Assembly (NCBI GenBank): GCA_038247245.1
Contig: JBBRVE010000006.1
Coordinates: forward strand, 9,894 to 73,893
From: Bdellovibrionales bacterium
GTDB lineage: Bacteria; Pseudomonadota; Alphaproteobacteria; Micavibrionales; UBA2020
Length of the DNA: 64,000 bases
Direction of reading: 5' to 3'
Made by a program: the position numbers and the translations under genes. The notes beneath the pieces were generated by a model. The model had not been told where the DNA came from. It did not search any database and was given only the letters and a program-made list of their open reading frames with translations. Of this stretch, positions 29,270 through 39,342 are shown one piece after another (within the stretch, counting starts at the first letter, position 1; the number at the start of each line of letters is the position of its first letter).

Positions 29270-30478
29270 ATGGACATCGACGTCACCCAATGGCTGAGTT
29301 TGGCGCTGCGGTGGTTTCACCTGATGCTGGGCATCATGTGGATCGGCGCATCGTTTTATTTCGTCTGGCTTGACCTGTCGCTCCGTCCCGCAAAATACGC
29401 AAAAGACCGCGACGCGGGCGTTTCCGGCGAAGTCTGGGCGGTGCATGGCGGTGGTTTTTACCACAAGAAAAAATACCTCGTCGCGCCCGAAGGCATGCCG
29501 GAGGATTTGCACTGGTTCAAATGGGAAGCGTACCTGACCTTTATCAGCGGATTTTTCCTGCTATGCCTGATGTATTACTGGCAGGCAGATTTATACCTGA
29601 TCGACAATGCCAAATATGCTTTCACGCCCGCGCAGGCGACCTTCACCGGATTGGCGTTCCTGCTGGGCGGCTGGTTGTTTTACGATGAATTGTGCAAAAG
29701 CGACCTCGGCCAGAACGTAAAGGTGTTTTCGGTCATCTGGGCAATCGCGCTGACCGCCGCCGCCTATTTCCTGTCGCAAATCTTCACGGGGCGCGGCGCG
29801 TTTATCCATGTGGGCGCGATGATCGGCACGGCGATGACGGCGAATGTGTTCGCGGTCATCATCCCGAACCAGAAAAAGGTTGTAGCGGCGTTGTTGTCGG
29901 GCGGCAAGCCCGATGCGAAATACGGCAAGATCGCCAAACAGCGGTCGATGCACAACAACTACATGACGCTGCCTGTGCTGCTCATCATGATCAGCAACCA
30001 TTATCCCGTTCTGTATGCGGGCGAATGGAACTGGGCGATTTTGGCCGCGCTCGGCCTGTCGTCATGGCCGTTCCGCCATTATTTCAACCTGAAGGACCGC
30101 GGCATTACCGATTACCGTTTCATGGGCGCAGGTCTTGCGGGTTTTGCGCTGACCATCTGCGCGGCATCGGGATTCTTCGCAAGCCCGAAACCGGTTGCCG
30201 CTGTCGCCGCCGCATCGCCCGCCGAAATCCGCCAGATCGTGCGCACGCATTGCAGCGGCTGCCACAGCGACACGCCAACGCATGACAGCGTGACCGAAGC
30301 GCCGAAGGGCGTCGCGTTCGACACGATGGAACAGATCAGGCAATACGCCCCGCGCATCATCGAACAGGCCGTGAAGGCCAACACCATGCCATTGGGCAAT
30401 GAAACGGCCATGACCGATGTGGAGCGCGCGAAACTGGGCGCGGCCCTTGCGCTGCAAGAGGTTGAGGGCAAACACTAA
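29270..30478 (+). CDS. puuD: Membrane urate hydroxylase, PuuD type, with C-terminal cytochrome c domain
   Basis: N-terminal polytopic domain (WFHLMLGIMWIGASFYFVWLD). C-terminal CSGCH heme-binding motif. The ATG directly abuts the aceB TAA. Confidence 0.8.
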   Translation: MDIDVTQWLSLALRWFHLMLGIMWIGASFYFVWLDLSLRPAKYAKDRDAGVSGEVWAVHGGGFYHKKKYLVAPEGMPEDLHWFKWEAYLTFISGFFLLCLMYYWQADLYLIDNAKYAFTPAQATFTGLAFLLGGWLFYDELCKSDLGQNVKVFSVIWAIALTAAAYFLSQIFTGRGAFIHVGAMIGTAMTANVFAVIIPNQKKVVAALLSGGKPDAKYGKIAKQRSMHNNYMTLPVLLIMISNHYPVLYAGEWNWAILAALGLSSWPFRHYFNLKDRGITDYRFMGAGLAGFALTICAASGFFASPKPVAAVAAASPAEIRQIVRTHCSGCHSDTPTHDSVTEAPKGVAFDTMEQIRQYAPRIIEQAVKANTMPLGNETAMTDVERAKLGAALALQEVEGKH

Positions 30479-30499
30479 ATTGCGACTATCGCAATTTTA
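30479..30499 (+). terminator. Weak intrinsic-terminator-like hairpin after puuD
   Basis: ATTGCGA-cta-TCGCAAT followed by TTTTAT. The stem is only 7 bp and AT-rich. Confidence 0.35.
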
Positions 30500-30637
30500 T
30501 CTTGACATTTTTCTGGAAATCTGGTAGCCTTAAGGAGAGTGAAAGGAGGCCAGAAAATGTCGGGAAGCCCCGCAGAACCAGCAAAAATCCCGAAAATAAC
30601 GGCCTTCTTCGTACTCTTCCTCAAATTCTTCCAAACA

Positions 30638-30994
30638 TTAACTGCCGCGATAGGTGCTGTAGCCGTAGGGCGAGACGAGCAGCGGCACGTGGTAATGGCT
30701 GTCCGCGTCGCTGATGCCGAAATGGATCGTGACGAGGTCGAAAAACGGGAATTTGGGAAGCTCGACGCCCATGCGGCGGAAATACTTCCCTGCCTCGAAT
30801 TCAATCCGGTATGTGCCGGGCTTGAATTCCTTGTCGGCCAGCAGCGGCGAATCGACGCGGCCATCGGCATTGGTCTTGGTCGCCAGCAGCAACGTCGCCG
30901 TGCCGCCCGTGCCCAGCCGGAAAAGCCGCAGCCGCACACCGTTCGCGGGGCAGCCATGCGCGGTGTCGAGGATGTGGGTGGTGAGTTTGCCCAT
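30638..30994 (-). CDS. uraH: 5-hydroxyisourate hydrolase (transthyretin-like)
   Basis: 118 aa. N-terminal LTTHILDTAHG and the diagnostic C-terminal YSTYRGS. Confidence 0.92.
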   Translation of the reverse strand: MGKLTTHILDTAHGCPANGVRLRLFRLGTGGTATLLLATKTNADGRVDSPLLADKEFKPGTYRIEFEAGKYFRRMGVELPKFPFFDLVTIHFGISDADSHYHVPLLVSPYGYSTYRGS

Positions 30995-31281
30995 GATGAA
31001 ATCTCCTTGTCTGTGTCGAGCCTAAGGCTTGCACAAATTCCGTCAAGAGCCGTGCATTACAGAGCTATGCGCCGCTTTCCGGAAACTGCCGTTAACCGCT
31101 CCCTAACCTCGCCCCCGTATCATGAAACATTGACGTGGCGAAGATGGGGAAATTATGGCCTTGTACCTGAACACTACAGACAAAAAAATCACCGCGAATG
31201 GCAACACACTGCGCGGTTCAGTGCCGATGAGCGTAAAGCTGGGCGCACCGCGCACAAAAACCCCCGCAGCATGGGCGAAAT

Positions 31282-32286
31282 ATGGCGACAAAGAAAAAAC
31301 CGCGTTCCAGAACTTCTAAAAAACCCGCTGTCGCCAAAAGCACTGGAAATGGCGAACGTCCACCCGCGCCTCCGCGCGACCCCCGCGATTACGTGGGCTA
31401 TGGCGAACACCCGCCCCATGCCAACTGGCCGGGCGGCGCGCGCGTGGCGGTGCAATTCGTCCTGAATTACGAGGAAGGCGGCGAGAACTGCGTGCTGAAC
31501 GGCGACGCGGCATCCGAAACTTTCTTGTCCGAGATTATCAATGCCCCCCGTATCGAGGCGCGGCATATCAGCATGGAATCGCTGTACGAATACGGCAGCC
31601 GCGCGGGCGTATGGCGTTTGCTGCGCCTGTTTAGAAAATACAAGATGCCCGTCACCGTTTTTGCGGTCGCGATGGCGCTCGAAAAATATCCGGCGATGGC
31701 GAAAACGTTTATCCGCGAAGGGCACGAGATTGCATCGCACGGATACCGCTGGATCAATTATCAGGATATCGATATCAAGACGGAACGCGACCACATGAAA
31801 CGCGCCGTTGAAATCATCGAGCGTTTGTCGGGCGCGCGCCCGCTCGGCTGGTATACCGGCCGCACCAGCCCGAATACGCGGCGTCTGGTGATGGAAGACG
31901 GCAGTTTCCTGTATGACGCCGATGATTATAGCGACGACCTGCCCTTCTGGTACAAGGACGCGGATAAAAAGCAATTGGTCGTACCCTATACGCTTGATAC
32001 CAACGATATGCGCTTCGCCGCTGCGCAGGGGTTCAATTCGGGCGACCAGTATTTTGCTTACCTGCGCGATGCGTTCGATGTGCTGTACGAAGAAGGCGAA
32101 CATGCGCCGAAGATGCTGTCGATCGGGTTGCATTGCCGTATCGTCGGCCGCCCCGCCCGCATGGCGGCGCTGGAGCGGTTTATCCAGCATGTGAAATCGC
32201 ATGACAAAGTCTGGATCGCGCGCCGCATTGATATCGCGCGCCACTGGATGGAAAAACACCCGCACAAGGATACGCCCCGTGGATGA
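31282..32286 (+). CDS. puuE: Allantoinase, PuuE (polysaccharide-deacetylase-fold) type
   Basis: RDYVGYGEHPPHANWPGGARVAVQFVLNYEEGGE is the typical PuuE N-terminal signature. Carries a Lys/Arg-rich N-terminal tail. Confidence 0.88.
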   Translation: MATKKKPRSRTSKKPAVAKSTGNGERPPAPPRDPRDYVGYGEHPPHANWPGGARVAVQFVLNYEEGGENCVLNGDAASETFLSEIINAPRIEARHISMESLYEYGSRAGVWRLLRLFRKYKMPVTVFAVAMALEKYPAMAKTFIREGHEIASHGYRWINYQDIDIKTERDHMKRAVEIIERLSGARPLGWYTGRTSPNTRRLVMEDGSFLYDADDYSDDLPFWYKDADKKQLVVPYTLDTNDMRFAAAQGFNSGDQYFAYLRDAFDVLYEEGEHAPKMLSIGLHCRIVGRPARMAALERFIQHVKSHDKVWIARRIDIARHWMEKHPHKDTPRG

Positions 32287-32797
32287 CGATAAGGAACTCT
32301 CGCGCAAACCGGGCGATGTAAGCCTTGATGAATTCCTAAAAATTTACGGCGGCATTTACGAACATTCACCATGGATCGCGGAAAGCGCATTCCGGAGCGG
32401 CGCCGCGACCGTGCGCGCAATGCATGATATGATGAAGAAAACCGTCGCCGCAGGGACAGACGAACAGAAAATGGCGCTCATTAAGGCGCACCCCGACCTC
32501 GCCTGCGCCTGCGCCCCCGCCGCAGCCGCGACGCTGACCGCAGCATCGGTATCCGAACAAAAGGGCGCTGGATTAAAGGAATGCACGCCAGAGGAATACG
32601 CCGAATTCCAGCAGCTCAACCGCGATTACAAAGCGAAATTCGGATTTCCCTTTATCGTCGCGGTGAAGGGGTTGCACCGCACCGATATCCTGCAACTTTT
32701 CCGCCAGCGCATGAATAACGACCCCGCGACCGAATTCGCAACCGCGCTACAACAGATCGACCGCATCGCCTATTTCCGGCTGATGGCGCTGCCCTGA
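32279..32797 (+). CDS. uraD: 2-oxo-4-hydroxy-4-carboxy-5-ureidoimidazoline (OHCU) decarboxylase
   Basis: IYEHSPWIAE, AHPDLA and KFGFPFIVAVKG motifs. GTG 32279 overlaps the puuE stop (GTGGATGA). The ORF-track start at 32201 lies inside puuE. Confidence 0.85.
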   Translation: MDDDKELSRKPGDVSLDEFLKIYGGIYEHSPWIAESAFRSGAATVRAMHDMMKKTVAAGTDEQKMALIKAHPDLACACAPAAAATLTAASVSEQKGAGLKECTPEEYAEFQQLNRDYKAKFGFPFIVAVKGLHRTDILQLFRQRMNNDPATEFATALQQIDRIAYFRLMALP

Positions 32798-32802
32798 CAC
32801 TT

Positions 32803-32924
32803 CCCCCTCTCCTGCCCTTGCGGGAGAGGGTCGGGGTGAGGGTGCGTATCAGCGCAAACCTTGCACAAATTGCTCCAGGCTCCCCCTCATCCCCCGCCTT
32901 CTCCCGCAAGGGCAGGAGAAGGGG
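32803..32924. repeat. REP-like palindromic intergenic element: two imperfect inverted arms of about 42 bp around a spacer of about 38 bp
   Basis: tctcctgcccttgcgggaga (left arm) is the exact reverse complement of tctcccgcaagggcaggaga (right arm). Each arm is itself a hairpin. Lies between uraD and guaA. Confidence 0.6.
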
Positions 32925-33027
32925 CTTAATCCGCCCCTTATGACAACCACCGCCCCCGAATCAATTGACGCTTCCCCCCCCGTTTTCGGATAGTGGCACT
33001 TCATAAAACGCGCGAAGGAGCCGACCC

Positions 33028-34623
33028 ATGCAAGCCCAGCCCGTCACCCCCGTTACCGCCGACCCGAAAAAGATCCACGACACGGTGGTGATCCTCGATT
33101 TCGGCAGCCAGGTGACGCAGCTGATCGCGCGCCGCATCCGCGAGATCGGGGTTTATTCGGTGCTGCTGCCGTTTAACGCGCCGATGGAAAAAATTCTGGC
33201 GCAAAACCCCAAGGCGATCATTTTGTCGGGCGGGCCTGCGAGCGTGACGGAGGCGAATTCGCCCCGCGCGCATGAAGAAATTTTCAAACTGGGCATTCCC
33301 GTTTTCGGCATCTGCTATGGCCAGCAAACGATGTGCGAACAGCTGGGCGGCAAGGTGACGCCGTCACCCAAGCGCGAATTCGGCCGCGCGCATATCGCGG
33401 TCGAGGATAACACCTCGCCGCTGTTCGCCGGCATCTGGCAGCCCGGCACAATGCCGCAGGTCTGGATGAGCCATGGCGACAGCGTCTCCGCGATTCCGGA
33501 TGGATTTAAGGTGATCGGCAAAAGCGACACCTGCCCCTATGCCGCCGTCGCCGATGAAAAACGCAAATTCTACGGCGTGCAGTTCCACCCCGAGGTTGTG
33601 CACACGCCCGAAGGCAAGCAGATCATTTCCAACTTCATCCTCAACATCGCGCAGTGCAAGAACGACTGGACGATGGCGATGTTCAAGGACGAAGCGATCG
33701 AGGCGATCCGCAAACAGGTCGGCAAGGAGCACGTCATTTGCGGCGTGTCGGGCGGCGTGGATTCAACGGTGGTGGCGGGATTGCTCCATGCCGCGATCGG
33801 CGACCAGCTGACCTGCATTTTCGTCGATACCGGCCTGATGCGCCAGAACGAAGGGCAGGAAGTGGTCGAGCTGTTCCGCAACCATTTCAATATCCCGCTG
33901 GTGCATGAACAGGCGGGCAAGCTGTTCCTCGACCGCCTTGCCGGCGTTTCCGACCCCGAACAGAAACGCAAAATCATCGGCAAGGCGTTTATCGACGTGT
34001 TCGAGGACGCGAAGAAACGCGCGGGCGAAGCGCCGTTCCTTGCCCAAGGCACGCTTTACCCCGATGTGATCGAATCCGTGTCATTTACCGGCGGCCCCAG
34101 CGTCACCATCAAGTCGCATCATAACGTGGGCGGCCTCCCCGAAGACCTGAAATTCAAGCTGGTCGAGCCGCTGCGCGCGCTGTTCAAGGACGAAGTCCGC
34201 GCGCTCGGGGCTGAACTCGGCATCCCCGAAAAATTCATCAAGCGCCACCCCTTCCCCGGCCCCGGCCTTGCCATCCGGATCCCCGGCGATATCACGGAAG
34301 AAAAACTGGGCATCCTGCGCAAGGCCGATGCGATTTTTATCGAAGAACTGCACAGCAACAAATTATATGACGAAACCTGGCAGGCCTTCGCCGTGCTGCT
34401 GCCCGTGAAGACGGTCGGCGTGATGGGGGACGGCCGTACCTATGACAGCGTGCTGGCCCTGCGCGCCGTCACCTCCGTCGACGGCATGACCGCCGACTAC
34501 GCCCCCCTCCCCCACGAATTCCTCGGCCGCTGCGCCGTGCGCATCGTGAACGAAGTAAAGGGCATCAACAGGGTGGTGTACGACATCACTAGCAAGCCGC
34601 CGGGGACGATTGAGTGGGAATAA
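33028..34623 (+). CDS. guaA: GMP synthase (glutamine-hydrolysing)
   Basis: GATase domain (ICYGQQ, HGD) and PP-loop SGGVDSTV. Ends ...[15 protein letters not shown] Shine-Dalgarno upstream. Confidence 0.97.
   Translation: MQAQPVTPVTADPKKIHDTVVILDFGSQVTQLIARRIREIGVYSVLLPFNAPMEKILAQNPKAIILSGGPASVTEANSPRAHEEIFKLGIPVFGICYGQQTMCEQLGGKVTPSPKREFGRAHIAVEDNTSPLFAGIWQPGTMPQVWMSHGDSVSAIPDGFKVIGKSDTCPYAAVADEKRKFYGVQFHPEVVHTPEGKQIISNFILNIAQCKNDWTMAMFKDEAIEAIRKQVGKEHVICGVSGGVDSTVVAGLLHAAIGDQLTCIFVDTGLMRQNEGQEVVELFRNHFNIPLVHEQAGKLFLDRLAGVSDPEQKRKIIGKAFIDVFEDAKKRAGEAPFLAQGTLYPDVIESVSFTGGPSVTIKSHHNVGGLPEDLKFKLVEPLRALFKDEVRALGAELGIPEKFIKRHPFPGPGLAIRIPGDITEEKLGILRKADAIFIEELHSNKLYDETWQAFAVLLPVKTVGVMGDGRTYDSVLALRAVTSVDGMTADYAPLPHEFLGRCAVRIVNEVKGINRVVYDITSKPPGTIEWE
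34604..34621 (+). repeat. Left copy of an 18-bp direct repeat (GGACGATTGAGTGGGAAT) covering the last guaA codons
   Basis: Matches 35095-35112 at 17 of 18 positions. Both copies are followed by a stop codon in the IEWE frame (TAA here, TGA at the right copy). Confidence 0.7.
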
Positions 34624-34626
34624 AAG

Positions 34627-35013
34627 ATGAAAACAAAACCAATTTTAGAAAAGGAATTTTATCACGACGGACGAGGACCAGAACTTCAAAGAGCAGTTTG
34701 GAAAATGAACGGCGTGGTTCTTGATGGATTTGAATATTACAATCCGAATGATAAACACACGGAGACTGAATTAAAAAACATTAAACTTATAAATGTTGAA
34801 GCGCATCAAATGGCTTCAGAGGAAGTACACGGAAATATAATCTCAATGGCGGAAAAAAAAGCGGCGATATTCGAAGTAATTAATTCTGAATGGATTAAAA
34901 CCTTTCAACAGCATCATTTAAGTAAGTGCAGGCATTATCAGATAATCTTTTATGATGAAATATATGATGTAGTATGCGAGTCGATAATTGCAGGTCACGG
35001 GCGGCTGAACTAA
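34627..35013 (+). CDS. Hypothetical small protein in an AT-rich islet (cassette-like, no recognisable motif)
   Basis: 128-aa ORF. The ATG lies 3 nt after the guaA stop. Base composition is markedly AT-rich relative to the flanks. No catalytic signature recognised. Confidence 0.5.
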   Translation: MKTKPILEKEFYHDGRGPELQRAVWKMNGVVLDGFEYYNPNDKHTETELKNIKLINVEAHQMASEEVHGNIISMAEKKAAIFEVINSEWIKTFQQHHLSKCRHYQIIFYDEIYDVVCESIIAGHGRLN

Positions 35014-35094
35014 TTAGAAAAATTAGTATTTTTAACTACAAACTTACTACAAACAAAAATAAAGACATGAAATATCAACTGCTTATATGTGCAA

Positions 35095-35112
35095 GGACTA
35101 TTGAGTGGGAAT
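35095..35112 (+). repeat. Right copy of the 18-bp direct repeat (GGACTATTGAGTGGGAAT), a relic of a guaA 3' end
   Basis: Reads ..T I E W E TGA in frame, the same final residues as guaA. Overlaps the start of the next ORF. Confidence 0.7.
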
Positions 35113-35623
35113 GAAGCCGTTCAGCTTTCTGAAATTTTTACTTTATTCGATGGCCGCGATTTTTTTGTGCGCTTACTTGGCATTTAGCTTTTACGAGAAC
35201 CTTTTTTACAGGCAAGCAATACCCGCACACATACAGGTCGAACGTATTGTTGAAAAGGAAAGCGATGGCTGGATCAGAGAGTCATGCGGTGGTGTCGTTT
35301 TCCAACTCTCTGCCGACACAATTGATCGTATCAAAAAAGACGGCACTCGTTTTCTTGACGAAACATTAATTGGCCGTGGCTATGAAGATGAGGGTAATCG
35401 TAACCAGCGCTATTACACTTACGCCGCATGGAAAAAGACACCGTTTTTAGGATATGAGGGCATCCCCGTTGGTGCTGCCTGCCTGACGAAAGACAATAAA
35501 GAGTTAGCAAAAATTATTTTTCAGGGGTGGAGAACGGAAGGTTCTTTTTATACACAAAAGCATGAGGCGGAATTACTTATTATTCCAGAAGAAGGAATAC
35601 TTATCATGACTTATTTTGGCTAA
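35111..35623 (+). CDS. Hypothetical protein with N-terminal TM anchor, in the AT-rich islet
   Basis: 170 aa from the ATG at 35111 (the ORF track starts at GTG 35105). N-terminal hydrophobic helix FLKFLLYSMAAIFLCAYLAF. No recognised motif. Confidence 0.5.
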   Translation: MKPFSFLKFLLYSMAAIFLCAYLAFSFYENLFYRQAIPAHIQVERIVEKESDGWIRESCGGVVFQLSADTIDRIKKDGTRFLDETLIGRGYEDEGNRNQRYYTYAAWKKTPFLGYEGIPVGAACLTKDNKELAKIIFQGWRTEGSFYTQKHEAELLIIPEEGILIMTYFG

Positions 35624-35632
35624 CATCAGCGG

Positions 35633-36928
35633 TTATAACGATGGCGGCTTGAAACCGCTGGTGCGCTTTTTGGGCGCAACGGCTTCCGCAAACTTCTTCT
35701 TCATCTGCCCCAGCTTCGTATGTTCCCGCCGGAATTGCGGGGTTTCGGGGTCAACCTGCGGGCCGTTGGGGTCGTATTTGTCCCAGAGCCGGTTGCGGAA
35801 TTTTTGGGTGGGGTCGTATTTCTGTTTCAGGGCGAAAAATTCGTCGCTGCGGGGATAGGCTTGTTTGAACTGTGCGTCGGTGGCGTGCATCTGGTAGGGC
35901 AAATAATAAGTGCCGCCGGATTCGAGCGCGGCATCGACCAGCTCGCGCGTCCACACGCCGACTTCCTGCCGCGCCTTTTCGTTGTTCCATTGTTTGTAGT
36001 ACAGGACGAAGGCGAAGACGTCGCCCTGCTGCGCCCATGCCATGACCGCGCCGGGGTCTTGTTCCGCGTGGCGGATGGAGACGTTCAATGCGTTCACATC
36101 GTATTTTTGCAGGATCGCGGCCATTTTCGGCGCGAATTCGTCCAGTTTATCGGCGGGCACGAAATATTCCTGCAGCACGAAGGTGGTCATGGCGCGGGTT
36201 GACGGCTCCAGCTCCTCGACATATCGGCTGGCTTCGTAATTGCGCGGCACAACTTCGCTGGTTTTAAAGCGGATTTTTTCATCGACGACGGGACGCAGCT
36301 TGTTCACGCCCGGCACTTGCGTCATCGCGAAAATCGACAGGTATTCGGCGAGGTAGACTTCCTTTTTCGGGCGCAGGCGGTCTGGCACGGTTGCGGGCTT
36401 GTCGGTCTTGGAATAGGTCACCGCGGTGATGGTGTCGTAATCGGGCGGATAAAAATCGCCGTCTGCCGTGACGATCTTGATTTCCCTGACCGAATGGATG
36501 ACCGGCCCCTGACCGATATAGCGGCCATGCGCATTGACGCTGAGCGCGCCGCCGACGGTGAAGTTGCTGTAGCTCTGCATGATGCTGACCGACAAATCAT
36601 CGCCATCGATATGGCCGATGACCTTTTGCCAGTTCGCGCCCGTCTGCACGGTGATTTCTTTTTTGCCCGCGTCGTAACCGGTGACGGCGTTCAGCCCCGT
36701 CATGTCGATGAACAGCGTATTGTCGGTTGCGATCTGCCCGCCCATCGAATACCGCCCGCCGCCAACCGAAATGGGGCCGGTATGGGATTTGATGATCTGC
36801 TGCAGCTCGGCCACGCTCGACGGCTTCACGATTGCGCGCACATCGATCGGGTTCAGCCGGGTGACATCGTTGACGGTGTTTTTCTTCATGATGGCAGGCA
36901 CAATATGGGAAATTAATTCCGTTGTCAA
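35633..36928 (-). CDS. FAD-binding (PCMH-type) oxidoreductase, paralogue of 23601-25067 without a Tat signal
   Basis: GGGRYSMGGQ FAD-binding segment. C-terminal YPRSDEFFALKQKYDPTQKFRN parallels the other copy. Start uncertain (TTG 36928 or ATG 36889). Confidence 0.8.
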   Translation of the reverse strand: MTTELISHIVPAIMKKNTVNDVTRLNPIDVRAIVKPSSVAELQQIIKSHTGPISVGGGRYSMGGQIATDNTLFIDMTGLNAVTGYDAGKKEITVQTGANWQKVIGHIDGDDLSVSIMQSYSNFTVGGALSVNAHGRYIGQGPVIHSVREIKIVTADGDFYPPDYDTITAVTYSKTDKPATVPDRLRPKKEVYLAEYLSIFAMTQVPGVNKLRPVVDEKIRFKTSEVVPRNYEASRYVEELEPSTRAMTTFVLQEYFVPADKLDEFAPKMAAILQKYDVNALNVSIRHAEQDPGAVMAWAQQGDVFAFVLYYKQWNNEKARQEVGVWTRELVDAALESGGTYYLPYQMHATDAQFKQAYPRSDEFFALKQKYDPTQKFRNRLWDKYDPNGPQVDPETPQFRREHTKLGQMKKKFAEAVAPKKRTSGFKPPSL

Positions 36929-36943
36929 TGCACGCGGGTTTAG

Positions 36944-38545
<1,602 letters not shown>

Positions 38546-38571
38546 GGACTTAGCAAGTCCTGATTCATTTC

Positions 38572-38601
38572 TTGACTCACGATACCGCGCTATTATATAA
38601 A
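38572..38601 (+). promoter_or_regulatory. Candidate sigma70-type promoter for the mntP leader
   Basis: TTGACT (38572-38577), then a 16-18 nt spacer, then TATATA/TATAAA within 38594-38601. This would start transcription at the 5' edge of the riboswitch. Confidence 0.35.
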
Positions 38602-38602
38602 A

Positions 38603-38712
38603 TGCCCATTGGGGAGTAGCCTCCACATCCTCCAGTTGGGCTGAAGCCAACATACTTGCACTCCGGTGCATGGTTTCAGCAGCGGATCTTCCGCTTGGCA
38701 AGACCAGTACAT
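38603..38712 (+). promoter_or_regulatory. yybP-ykoY (manganese) riboswitch aptamer
   Basis: Contains the two hallmark conserved loops UUGGGGAGUAGCC (38609-38621) and CUUGGCAAGACCAG (38694-38707). Internal helices are visible: GUUGG/CCAAC, UGCAC/GUGCA, GCGGA/UCCGC, CUGAA/UUCAG. Lies upstream of mntP. Confidence 0.8.
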
Positions 38713-38713
38713 G

Positions 38714-38741
38714 CGCGAAAGCCGTCCGGCTTGTTTTCGCG
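38714..38741 (+). terminator. Hairpin expression platform or terminator after the Mn riboswitch
   Basis: CGCGAAAGCCG-tc-CGGCTTgTTTTCGCG. The inner stem AAGCCG/CGGCTT is followed by GTTTTCG. Confidence 0.45.
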
Positions 38742-38778
38742 AGTGTATGGTCATGCGAAGTCGGGCGGAGAACGCGAT

Positions 38779-39342
38779 ATGGGCATCTTTCAAACCACCA
38801 TCCTTGCCTTCAGCATGTCGACCGATGCCTTTGCCGTTTCCGTGGGCAAGGGCGCTGCGTTGCGCAAGCCGCGCTTCACCGAAGCCTTACGCACCGGCGC
38901 GATTTTCGGCGTGATCGAAGGCATGACGCCCGTTATCGGCTGGGGCATCGGCCTTGCCGCCAGCCAGCATATCGCGGCGGTCGACCACTGGATCGCGTTC
39001 ATCATTTTGGGCGCGATTGGCCTGAAGATGATTTACGAAGGGCTGCAGGCGGATGATGGCACGGAAAAGCCAACCAGCCACAGCATCGCGCGCCTGATGC
39101 TGACCGCCCTTGGCACATCCATCGATTCAATGGCGGTCGGCGTTTCGCTGTCGATCCTCGGCACGCATATCGGGTGGACGGCGGTTGCGATTGGTTTGGC
39201 AACCTTCACGATGGTCACGATCGGCGTGATGACGGGGCAATATATCGGCAGCAAATACGGCAAGATCGCCGAAATGGCGGGCGGCGCTGCGCTGATCTTC
39301 CTCGGCACCAAGACGCTGTTCGAGCATCTCGGCTATATTTAA
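38779..39342 (+). CDS. mntP: Manganese efflux pump MntP
   Basis: 187 aa. FSMSTDAFAVSVGKG and the repeated DSMAVGVS motif of MntP/DUF204. The ORF-track start at 38656 would run through the riboswitch. Confidence 0.9.
   Translation: MGIFQTTILAFSMSTDAFAVSVGKGAALRKPRFTEALRTGAIFGVIEGMTPVIGWGIGLAASQHIAAVDHWIAFIILGAIGLKMIYEGLQADDGTEKPTSHSIARLMLTALGTSIDSMAVGVSLSILGTHIGWTAVAIGLATFTMVTIGVMTGQYIGSKYGKIAEMAGGAALIFLGTKTLFEHLGYI

Noticed and set aside
31028-31039. Exact 12-mer CTTGCACAAATT shared between the uraH/puuE intergenic region and the centre of the REP-like element (32860-32871). Considered as a purine-regulon operator.
   Set aside because: About 100 exact 12-mer coincidences are expected by chance in a 64-kb window. 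There is no dyad symmetry and no third copy upstream of the other catabolic genes.
30539-31465. 308-aa plus-strand ORF spanning the puuD-uraH-puuE intergenic regions.
   Set aside because: It runs antisense through uraH, whose YRGS-terminated product is unambiguous. It has no motif or plausible RBS, and its composition is shadow-like.
35067-35114. 15-codon ORF MKYQLLICARTIEWE in the islet.
   Set aside because: Its last residues simply reflect the duplicated guaA 3' end. It is more likely a relic of the att-like repeat than a gene. It is mentioned under the island findings instead.
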